NCBI GenBank assembly: GCA_037190965.1
Contig: JBBCKI010000004.1
Location: forward strand, 1-64,000
DNA from: Chthoniobacteraceae bacterium
GTDB taxonomy: Bacteria; Verrucomicrobiota; Verrucomicrobiia; Chthoniobacterales; Chthoniobacteraceae
Reading direction: 5' to 3'
DNA length: 64,000 nucleotides
Shown here: positions 1 through 7,606 of the stretch, one piece after another
Numbering within the stretch: position 1 is the stretch's first letter
How the letters are laid out: each line of letters begins with the position of its first letter
Translations under genes and position numbers: made by a program
The notes under the pieces: generated by a model
Database searches by the model: none
What the model was told of the DNA's origin: nothing
What the model saw: only the letters and a program-made list of their open reading frames with translations

Positions 1-129
1 GTATGCTCGATTCTGAAAAACTCCGACGCTCATATTTGCCCTACACGGCCTGTTTCGAAGGAGGGCAATGATTTATCATTCCCAAAAATCGAGCATTTTA
101 CGACGAAATTAGAGTTTTCACACAGTCTG
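1..129. mobile_element. Right part of a putative MITE or IS end, truncated by the window start and abutting a broken REP palindrome
   Basis: Nested inverted repeats ATGCTCGATT 3-12/AATCGAGCAT 87-96 and TTGCCCT 36-42/AGGGCAA 62-68. Ends in GAGTTTTCACACAGTCTG (112-129), which from recall resembles IS1182-family termini, immediately before the half-palindrome TCTGTTTGGGA. Confidence 0.45.
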
Positions 130-273
130 TCTGTTTGGGAACGCCCATGTCTTCGAAACTCCAGTTTCGCAACCCTTATCCGGTTCCGGCACCCTGCACG
201 AGATGACAAGGTTTTCGAATCTGGAGATTCGGGGACAATGGCATTACCAATCTGGAGATTGGTAACGAGGAAA
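130..273. repeat. Composite palindromic REP-like repeat, copy 1 (left end truncated)
   Basis: Hairpins CGAAACTCCAGTTTCG 154-169, CGAATCTGGAGATTCG 216-231 and TTACCAATCTGGAGATTGGTAA 244-265. Aligns as the reverse complement of 9497-9638. Confidence 0.85.
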
Positions 274-318
274 TTCTTTCTTTCCGGTTTCCGCTTTCCG
301 GTCTTTCTGTCCGGGGGA

Positions 319-353
319 TTGACAATCGTTTCCTCACGCGATACATCGTTTCC
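319..353 (+). promoter_or_regulatory. Putative sigma70 promoter overlapped by a direct-repeat operator
   Basis: TTGACA 319-324, 17 bp spacer, weak -10 TACATC 342-347. ATCGTTTCC occurs at 325-333 and 345-353, just upstream of the XRE gene. Confidence 0.5.
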
Positions 354-362
354 CGCAAGACA

Positions 363-917
363 ATGGACGAACGAACCATCGGCGCGAATATTCGGAAGGT
401 CCGGTTGGCGAAGGAAGCCAGCCTGACCGAGGTGGCGAAGCGTGCCGGGATCACCAAAGGGACGCTTTCCAAGATTGAAACCGGGCAGACCTCTTCGCCC
501 ATTTCGACGCTTCTTTCCATTGCCTCCGCCCTCGGCGTTCACCTGTCGGATTTCGTTCGCGAGGAGACCCCGGCGAAGCGGTACACCCTGACCCGCAAGG
601 GACAGGGGCGGCTCGTGGTGCGTGACGGTTCCAAATTCGGCTATGCTTACGAAGGGCTTGCCGTCGATTTTCCAAACCGGCTCGCCGAACCGTTCGTTTT
701 CACCATTCGCCCGGGCGATGAGATCGGCAAGTTTCAGCACGACGGCCAGGAGTTCATCTACGTGCTCTCCGGCCATGTGGAAATCACGGTCGGCTCCGAC
801 GCTTTTGAAATGAAAGAGGGCGACTTCATTTACTTCGACCCGACGCAGACCCACCAGACCCGGCTGCTCGGTGACGAACCCGCCCGGTTTCTCTGCTGCT
901 TCATCGAAAAACACTAG
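363..917 (+). CDS. XRE-family HTH + cupin transcriptional regulator (PuuR/SutR-like)
   Basis: N-terminal IGANIRKVR..SLTEVAKRAGITKGTLSKIETG..P HTH; C-terminal cupin HDGQEFIYVLSG..EGDFIYFD...H. Confidence 0.92.
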   Translation: MDERTIGANIRKVRLAKEASLTEVAKRAGITKGTLSKIETGQTSSPISTLLSIASALGVHLSDFVREETPAKRYTLTRKGQGRLVVRDGSKFGYAYEGLAVDFPNRLAEPFVFTIRPGDEIGKFQHDGQEFIYVLSGHVEITVGSDAFEMKEGDFIYFDPTQTHQTRLLGDEPARFLCCFIEKH

Positions 918-937
918 TCTCGTTCAATCCTTCGTTT

Positions 938-1807
938 ATGACCTCCCCCACCCTGTTTGTCGCCGGAGCCGGTTTCATGGGCCACGGCATTGCCCAGACA
1001 GCCGCCAGCGCGGGCTGTTCCGTGATCCTCTACGATCTCACGATTGAGAACGCCGCCAAAGGCATTGACCGCATTCGTGGCTCCCTGGAGAAGCTGAAAA
1101 CCAAAGCGCCGGATACCGCTCCCGAGCCCGCCACGGTGTTGGCCCGCATTCGCCCCTCTGCCGATTTGGCGGACGCCGCCGAGGCCGCCTTCGTGATCGA
1201 AGCCATCGCGGAAAACGCCACGCTCAAGGAGGAGCTCTTTTGTCGTCTCGATAAGGTTTCCCCTGATGAAACGGTGTTTTGTTCAAACAGCTCCGCCATC
1301 CCGATCAGCCGCCTCGCCGCCGCGACGCGACGCCCCGATCGCTTCTGCGGGATGCACTTCTTCAGCCCCGTGGTTCTGATGAAACTGGTGGAAGTCATTC
1401 GCGGGCTCGCTACCAGCGATGAAACGATTGCCCGCGTGATGGCGCTCGCCCGCCAATTCGGCAAGGAGCCGGTGGAAGTCCGCCGCGACATCGCCGGGTT
1501 TGTCGTCAACCGCATCCTGATTGCCGCCATTCTGGAGGCCGTCCGCGTGGTGGAGTCGGGGACCGCCGATGCCGCATCCATCGATCTGGCAATGCGCCTC
1601 GGGTGCGGTCACAAAATGGGGCCGCTCGAAACCGCCGACCTCTCCGGGCTCGATGTGTTTCTCAACGCCTCCAACGCGATCTACGAAGACACCGGCGACG
1701 CGAAATACAAACCGCCCACGCTCCTCGCCCGTCTTGTTGCATCCGGTCATCTCGGCAGGAAGAGCGGCAGGGGGTTCTATGACTATTCACAGAATCACGC
1801 GAAATGA
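938..1807 (+). CDS. 3-hydroxyacyl(butyryl)-CoA dehydrogenase
   Basis: GAGFMGHGIAQ Rossmann motif, VIEAIAE, SNSS, GMHFFSP catalytic His, GFVVNR, MGPLETAD, GRKSGRGFYDY. Confidence 0.93.
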   Translation: MTSPTLFVAGAGFMGHGIAQTAASAGCSVILYDLTIENAAKGIDRIRGSLEKLKTKAPDTAPEPATVLARIRPSADLADAAEAAFVIEAIAENATLKEELFCRLDKVSPDETVFCSNSSAIPISRLAAATRRPDRFCGMHFFSPVVLMKLVEVIRGLATSDETIARVMALARQFGKEPVEVRRDIAGFVVNRILIAAILEAVRVVESGTADAASIDLAMRLGCGHKMGPLETADLSGLDVFLNASNAIYEDTGDAKYKPPTLLARLVASGHLGRKSGRGFYDYSQNHAK

Positions 1808-2565
1808 AAGCCATCGACCTTTCCGGAAAAGTCGCCCTGGTCACCGGCTCCAGCCAGGGCCTGGGAGCCGCCATCGCCCGTGCGCTGCACGAAGCGGGGG
1901 CTTCACTAGCGATCAACTACTTCCCCGATTCGGCGGGCATCAATGAAGCCAATGCCCGGCGCCTCGCCGACAGTCTTGATACCGATTGCAAGCGGGCGGC
2001 CATTTTTGCGGGCGACGTTAGCGATCCCGCGTCGGCGGAGGGTCTCTGCCGCGAGGCTCATGGGCATTTCGGCGCGCTCGACATCGCGGTCAACAACGCG
2101 GGAATCGCGCGTGACCGCACGCTGGCGAAGATGAGCGACGAGGATTGGCACGCGGTCATTGGCACCAATCTGACCGGCACGTTCCATATCTGCCGTGCCG
2201 CCGCGCCGCTGCTTCGCGAAGGGGGACGCATCGTCAACGTCGCGTCGATCTCCGCGCTGGTGGGCCTCTTCGGCCAAGCCAACTACGCCGCCGCCAAGGC
2301 AGGCGTCATCGGCCTCACCCGGACATTGAGCCGCGAACTGGCGCGCCGGGCGATCACGGTCAATGCCGTCGCCCCCGGTCTCGTTCTCACCGAACTTGGG
2401 AAAACCGTTCCGGAAACCATCCGCGAACAATGGATCCCATCCATCCCCCTCGGCCGCTTCGGCGAGCCGGAGGAAATCGCAAATGCGGTCCTCTTCCTCT
2501 CCAGCCCTCTTGCTTCCTATATCACAGGCCAGACGTTGCAGGTCAACGGCGGCTGGCATGCCTAG
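1804..2565 (+). CDS. fabG: FabG/PhaB-like short-chain dehydrogenase (3-oxoacyl-ACP/CoA reductase)
   Basis: TGSSQGLG, NNAGIARD, GQANYAAAKAG (YxxxK), NAVAPG, YITGQTLQVNGG. ATGA overlap with the upstream gene. Confidence 0.85.
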   Translation: MKAIDLSGKVALVTGSSQGLGAAIARALHEAGASLAINYFPDSAGINEANARRLADSLDTDCKRAAIFAGDVSDPASAEGLCREAHGHFGALDIAVNNAGIARDRTLAKMSDEDWHAVIGTNLTGTFHICRAAAPLLREGGRIVNVASISALVGLFGQANYAAAKAGVIGLTRTLSRELARRAITVNAVAPGLVLTELGKTVPETIREQWIPSIPLGRFGEPEEIANAVLFLSSPLASYITGQTLQVNGGWHA

Positions 2566-2590
2566 TCCTTTTTTCAACCTTCTTTTATTT

Positions 2591-3751
2591 ATGAGCACCT
2601 CCCCTGATCCCATCGTCATCGTCGGCGCCAAGCGGACCCCCCAAGGCCGTCTGCTCGGCAAACTGGCGAACTATTCTGCCCTCGATCTCGCCGTGGCCGC
2701 CGGCAAGGCTGCGCTGGGAGAAATTCCCGCCTCGGCAATCGACATGACGATTGTCGGCAACGTGCTTCCGCCGATCATCAACGTCAGCCGCCAGATGAGC
2801 CTGCTGCTGGGCATCCGCGAAGAAGCCGTCTCCTTTACCGTCAATATGGCATGCGCTTCGGGCCTCAAAGCAACCACCCTCGCCGCCAACGCCCTGCAAC
2901 TCGGCGAAGCGGAAGTGGTGCTCTGCGGCGGGACGGAGTCGATGTCCAATGCGCCGCACTTCCTGCCGCGCGCCCGGGCAGGCTATCGCCTTGGCGACGC
3001 GACCGTTGTCGATTCGCTGATGCTGGGATTGTCCGACCCGAGCATCGGCGAAAGTATGCCGCAGACGGCCCAACGGCTTGCGGAGCGTTTTCAGATTTCC
3101 CGCGAAGATCAGGATCGGTTCGCTCTCGCCAGCCAGCAGAAAGCGGTGACGGCACAGAATGAAAATCTCTTCGCAGATGAATTGGTCGCGCTTCCGGAAC
3201 TGGACCGCGATGAGCATCCCCGGGCGGACACCACGCTGGAACGCCTCGCCTCACTCAAGCCCGTGCTCGGCGCAGGGACCAGCGTGACGGCGGGGAACGC
3301 CTCCGGCATCAACGATGGCGCGGCCATGCTGGTGCTCTGCAAACTAAGCACAGCCGCCCGCAACGGCTGGAAACCTCTGGCCCGACTCTCAGGCTATACC
3401 GACATCGGATGCGACCCCAAAGTCATGGGCGAAGGCCCGGTGCATGCCATCCGCAAGTTGCTCGCACGGCAACGCCGGGAGCTGACACAATTCGACGCCA
3501 TCGAAATCAACGAAGCGTTTGCCGCCCAGGCGCTCGCCTGCCTGCGACAGTTGGAGATCGACGACTGCGACCCCCGCGTCAACCGGCATGGCAGCGGCAT
3601 CGCCCTCGGCCATCCGATCGGCGCAAGCGGCGCGCGTCTCGCCGTGCATCTCGCGCATCGGGCCGCGCAGGGACGCATCGAAAGCGGCATTGCCTCCCTC
3701 TGCGTCGGAGGGGGAATGGGGATCGCGGCCATCATCGAACCCGTTCGCTAG
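2591..3751 (+). CDS. Acetyl-CoA C-acyltransferase (thiolase); start re-chosen at ATG 2591
   Basis: NMACASG (catalytic Cys), GGTESMS, VTAGNASGINDGA, NEAFA, GHPIGASG, CVGGGMG. Confidence 0.93.
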   Translation: MSTSPDPIVIVGAKRTPQGRLLGKLANYSALDLAVAAGKAALGEIPASAIDMTIVGNVLPPIINVSRQMSLLLGIREEAVSFTVNMACASGLKATTLAANALQLGEAEVVLCGGTESMSNAPHFLPRARAGYRLGDATVVDSLMLGLSDPSIGESMPQTAQRLAERFQISREDQDRFALASQQKAVTAQNENLFADELVALPELDRDEHPRADTTLERLASLKPVLGAGTSVTAGNASGINDGAAMLVLCKLSTAARNGWKPLARLSGYTDIGCDPKVMGEGPVHAIRKLLARQRRELTQFDAIEINEAFAAQALACLRQLEIDDCDPRVNRHGSGIALGHPIGASGARLAVHLAHRAAQGRIESGIASLCVGGGMGIAAIIEPVR

Positions 3752-3797
3752 TCATCCAGTTACCCCGATCTAGTCATTTCATTCGGACTCCCCCATT

Positions 3798-5363
3798 ATG
3801 ACTGCATCCGTTCATCCAGGCATCCCCAAGGTCCTTTCGCCCTCCGACGCCGCCGCGCTGATCTTTGATGGCGCAAAAATCGCCGTCACCGGCTTCGGCT
3901 CCGTCGGGCTGGCCCAAGCCGTGATGGAAGCGATGATCGCCCGCCATCGCACCGATGGTTCCCCTTCGAACCTGACGCTCTATCATGCCGCAGGCCATGC
4001 CACAAACTGGGGGTGCGACCTCATGGCCCAGGCCGGTTTGATCAGCAAGGTCGTCGGCGGCCATTGGGGGATGATGCACGAGTTGCGGCGCAAGATGATG
4101 GATAACGAGATCGAAGCGCACAACTGGCCGCAAGGGATGATCGTGCGCGCGTTCCGCGAAATGGCGCGCGGCGTCAAATGGGGCTTCACCAGTACTGTCG
4201 GGCTTGGCACCTACATCGACCCGCGCGGCTGGGGTGGTTGCATGAATGAGAAGGCGAGGGCCACCGGCAGCATGATTCGGCTGGAGACCGCCCCCGACGG
4301 TTCCGAAGTGCTGCGCTACGCGCCTCTTCCCATCGATTTCTCGCTCATCCGGGGGTGGACGGCCGATGCCTACGGCAACGTCAGCATGGGTAAGGAGGCG
4401 CTCAGCCTCTCCCCCCTCGAGATCGCGCTTGCCGCGCGGGCGCAAGGCGGGAAGGTGATCTGCCAGGTGCGCCACCACGAGCCGAACCGCCGCTTTTCCG
4501 CCAACGAAATCGCGATCCCCGGGTTCCTGATCGATCATCTCGTCGTCGCCGACAACCCCTCGCGCAATCATCGGCAGTGTGAACACTATGATGAAGACCC
4601 GATCCTCCTTGGCGGGGTAGCCACCGACGAAACCAATGCGCTCCCTCCGGTTCCCGAAGGCCCTCGCGGCTGGATCGGGAGACGGGCCGCGCTGGAGATT
4701 CGCCCGGGGGATGTTTTCAACCTGGGCATCGGGATTCCCGGCGACTCGGTCACGCCCGCGCTTGCGGAGTCAGGCCGTCTGCAGGAGGCAATCCCCACCC
4801 TGGAATCCGGCGTGGTCGGCGGCGTGGGGGTGGCCGGCAACAGCTTTGGCGTCGCGGTCTGCCCGCTTTCGCGAATAGATCAAGCCGCCATGTTCGACTT
4901 CTACCATGGCGGAGGACTCGACATCACCGTCATGGGCGCGGCGGAGATCGGTGCGAACGGCGACATCAACGTCAGCCTCTTCAATGGCAGGCCGACCGGC
5001 TGCGGCGGCTTTATCGACATCACCCAGAACGCACGGCGCATCGTCTTTTGCAGCACGCTCACCGCCGGTTCGCTGGAGATCGTTTACGAAGCGGGACGCG
5101 TTCGCGTTCTTGCGGAAGGCAAGCATCGCAAGTTCGTTTCCGAGGTCCAACAGGTTACCTTCGGCGCGCGGCAAGCACTGGCGCGCGGCCTGGAGGTGAT
5201 GCTGGTCACGGAACGTTGCGTCCTAAAGCTGGAAGAAGGCGGCTGGGTGCTCACCGAAGTGGCTCCGGGGATTGACCTGGAGACGGAAATCCTTTCTCAA
5301 ATGGAATTCCGCCCCCGGATCTCTCCCGAGCTTCGCGAGATGAATCCCTGCTGCTTCCGGTAG
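3798..5363 (+). CDS. Family I acyl-CoA:acetate/propionate CoA-transferase, single-chain YdiF/Pct type
   Basis: EAHNWPQG, VGLGTYIDPR, NLGIGIP, ESGVVGG (ExGxxG catalytic Glu), FDFYHGGGLD, GCGGFIDITQNA, VTERCV. Confidence 0.9.
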   Translation: MTASVHPGIPKVLSPSDAAALIFDGAKIAVTGFGSVGLAQAVMEAMIARHRTDGSPSNLTLYHAAGHATNWGCDLMAQAGLISKVVGGHWGMMHELRRKMMDNEIEAHNWPQGMIVRAFREMARGVKWGFTSTVGLGTYIDPRGWGGCMNEKARATGSMIRLETAPDGSEVLRYAPLPIDFSLIRGWTADAYGNVSMGKEALSLSPLEIALAARAQGGKVICQVRHHEPNRRFSANEIAIPGFLIDHLVVADNPSRNHRQCEHYDEDPILLGGVATDETNALPPVPEGPRGWIGRRAALEIRPGDVFNLGIGIPGDSVTPALAESGRLQEAIPTLESGVVGGVGVAGNSFGVAVCPLSRIDQAAMFDFYHGGGLDITVMGAAEIGANGDINVSLFNGRPTGCGGFIDITQNARRIVFCSTLTAGSLEIVYEAGRVRVLAEGKHRKFVSEVQQVTFGARQALARGLEVMLVTERCVLKLEEGGWVLTEVAPGIDLETEILSQMEFRPRISPELREMNPCCFR

Positions 5364-5392
5364 CTTTAGAAAGGAAATGGTGCGCCAGCACC

Positions 5393-5537
5393 GGTAGCCC
5401 GCTCGCGCCGTCGAGCGCGGGTATCGGCTCCCGTGGCTTTACAAGGGCGCATCCCAGCACCAGCGGCCCGTCTTGGGGGGATGAGCGCCAAGCGCGACTC
5501 TTCACTAATCCCGCGCTCTCGGCGAGAGCGGGCTACC
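5393..5537. repeat. Inverted pair of GTAG-type REP units between convergent genes
   Basis: GGTAGCCCGCTCGCGCCGTCGAGCGCGGG 5393-5421 and its near reverse complement CCCGCGCTCTCGGCGAGAGCGGGCTACC 5510-5537. Confidence 0.75.
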
Positions 5538-5561
5538 TTGGTCACTTTTCCGTCACACGAT

Positions 5562-6557
5562 TCACCGTTCTCCGGCAAGGATCGGCGCGGCGTTGAGCAG
5601 GAAGTTCGCTCCCATGGCGATACAACCGTCGCCATCGGGATGGAGCTGGTCGGGCATGCGATCATGCAAGGTGTGATCGGCGATCTTCAACCCGCTCAGG
5701 TAATGGACGTTCCTGTCGCCGTTCTCCCGGAGAAGCTGGACCGCCTCTTCAACTGCGGTGCGGTAGTCGCCCAGCGTCCACCCTTGGGGGTTGGGCGTTT
5801 CTTCGCGCGGGGCGCTGTAGATGGGCGAAATCAGCAGCAGCGGCGTTTCCCGATGCTTCTCCCGAAGGATCTGGACGAACCCGATCAACGAGGAACGAAA
5901 GGTGCGTTCGTTCAGGGTAGGCTTTCCGTAAATATTGATCCCGGCGCAGATTGAAAGGTAGTCGGCAGGCATGTCCCGCATCATTCGTGCAATCTGAATA
6001 TCAAGATGGCATTGCCCGCCATAGCCGAGACAGGTCAGGTTCCAGCTCCGCTCGCGGGCCACGATGGCGGGCCAGGTTTTCGAAGGGGAATGAGCGCTGC
6101 CGCAATGGGTGATCGAACTGCCGTAAGTGATCCACTTGGGGCGCCGGTCTTCATAAGGCCGCAAGGTGGCGTCATCATCGATCTGAAGATGCTCCAGGGC
6201 AAAATCACCCCGCTGCGGCAACCAGAGTTCAATCAGTTTCTCCTCCCTGCCCAAACCTTCGAAACGGAACTCCGTCTGATTCGCCAGATCTGCCGTCGCC
6301 ACGAAGCAGCCATCCACGAACAAGTCCAGATTCTGGTTCTCGGCAAGCGGTAAAATCCGCCCCGCCACCTGCCCGGTGGAACTATGAAACGCCAGCCGTA
6401 CGCCGGCCTGGGTGGCACCCCTGGCGGCCAGCATCGGGTAATACAGAGAGCGCTGCTCGAAGAGAATTCGCCATGGCCGACTATAAGTGGCCGTCTGCTC
6501 CATCGAAACCGCCCCATGCCAGGAAAGGCGGGGGTCCGCGTGAGAAATAAGCGTCAT
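5562..6557 (-). CDS. SGNH/GDSL hydrolase with N-terminal beta domain (SsfX3-like)
   Basis: YGSSITH (block I), LGYGGQC, GIN, DQLHP (DxxH). Confidence 0.85.
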   Translation of the reverse strand: MTLISHADPRLSWHGAVSMEQTATYSRPWRILFEQRSLYYPMLAARGATQAGVRLAFHSSTGQVAGRILPLAENQNLDLFVDGCFVATADLANQTEFRFEGLGREEKLIELWLPQRGDFALEHLQIDDDATLRPYEDRRPKWITYGSSITHCGSAHSPSKTWPAIVARERSWNLTCLGYGGQCHLDIQIARMMRDMPADYLSICAGINIYGKPTLNERTFRSSLIGFVQILREKHRETPLLLISPIYSAPREETPNPQGWTLGDYRTAVEEAVQLLRENGDRNVHYLSGLKIADHTLHDRMPDQLHPDGDGCIAMGANFLLNAAPILAGER

Positions 6558-6610
6558 CGCTGTTTTATCGGGTCTGAAAATGAATGGGTAAAGAATTGTG
6601 TCGTAAAAAA

Positions 6611-7492
6611 TTACAGAGGGAAAGGTGCTCCCGCCCGTTGAAGGCGGCGAAACTCCAGCGGAGAGTGATCGCTATTCTTTTTGAACCAGTGGGTAAAATG
6701 CTCGGGGGCGGAAAATCCGAAGTGATACGCAATCGCCTTGATACTCTCATTGCTGTTAAGCAACTGCGACTTGGCGGCCCCAAGCTTGCGGCGATTCCAT
6801 AAGGAGGCGGGCGTGGAACCCGTCTGCGCGGCAAAGAGCTTGTTCAACTGGCTGACACTGCACCCGGAGGCACGGGCCAGTTCGCTTTCCCTGAAAGGAA
6901 CTGCAAGTGACTGGGTTTCAATGATCTGAAGCGCGAGACGGACCTTGTCATCGAGTTGTTCAAGGGTGTTCACCGGCACTCCGTGCGCGGATAGCGCGGC
7001 ATAATAGGCCGCAATCCATCGCATGAACACCGGTTGAAGGCCGAGGTATTGATCGAAGCCGCCCTCCATCTCCTGCGAGAGCAAGATCCCGGGGAACTGT
7101 TCCTGCACATGCGCAACGAGGGCCTCCGCGCACGCCGTCAGTTCCCGAGTGTCCTTTTGAGGCAGGACCACGGTTTTCGAACGGTCGAAGAGAGGCGTTC
7201 CATAAGACCATTCCGCCTGAAAACGGAGGGAGATGATCCGGGTTCCGCTGGAAAATTCCTGCATTCCCTCCTCCTCCCGGGGGAAGATCCAGGAACCGGG
7301 GCCGAATTGTTCCGAGCCGGATGCAAACCGAAGCGTGACCGAGCCGCTGCGAATCAGCCAGGCGGCGGCTGGATAAATCACATAAGGCCATGCCTTTGGA
7401 CCGCTCTCCACAAGCAGGCGATCGTAAGCCCATCTCAACTGGGAACGAAAGAGACTCCAGTGAGCCAGAGGAATGGTCTGTTTGAGGTTCAT
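6611..7492 (-). CDS. AraC-family transcriptional regulator; start re-chosen at ATG 7492
   Basis: C-terminal ELARASGCSVSQLNKLF...SIKAIAYHFGFSAPEHFTHWFKK...SPLEFR. Confidence 0.88.
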   Translation of the reverse strand: MNLKQTIPLAHWSLFRSQLRWAYDRLLVESGPKAWPYVIYPAAAWLIRSGSVTLRFASGSEQFGPGSWIFPREEEGMQEFSSGTRIISLRFQAEWSYGTPLFDRSKTVVLPQKDTRELTACAEALVAHVQEQFPGILLSQEMEGGFDQYLGLQPVFMRWIAAYYAALSAHGVPVNTLEQLDDKVRLALQIIETQSLAVPFRESELARASGCSVSQLNKLFAAQTGSTPASLWNRRKLGAAKSQLLNSNESIKAIAYHFGFSAPEHFTHWFKKNSDHSPLEFRRLQRAGAPFPL

Positions 7493-7606
7493 AGCCGGAG
7501 GGCTTATTTGAGCGGATTGCACAGGATTTCGAGCAAATCGCGCAAGCCTATTCCTTTGAGCCAAAGCGCAGGAAGGGGGAAGCTGACGCCTTACTCACCC
7601 CATTCT

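Noticed and set aside
130..273. Possible CRISPR array suggested by spaced palindromes
   Set aside because: The palindromes differ from each other, the spacers are conserved between the two copies, and no cas genes are present.
30..914. 294-aa minus-strand ORF
   Set aside because: Antisense shadow of the XRE gene running into REP/MITE sequence; no recognisable domain.
2363..2590. N-terminal extension of the thiolase ORF
   Set aside because: Overlaps fabG in another frame; the thiolase fold starts at about 2591.
7034..7606. N-terminal 190 aa of the 806-aa ORF
   Set aside because: Overlaps the AraC gene on the opposite strand; homology-like sequence begins only at MSDLFET (7607).
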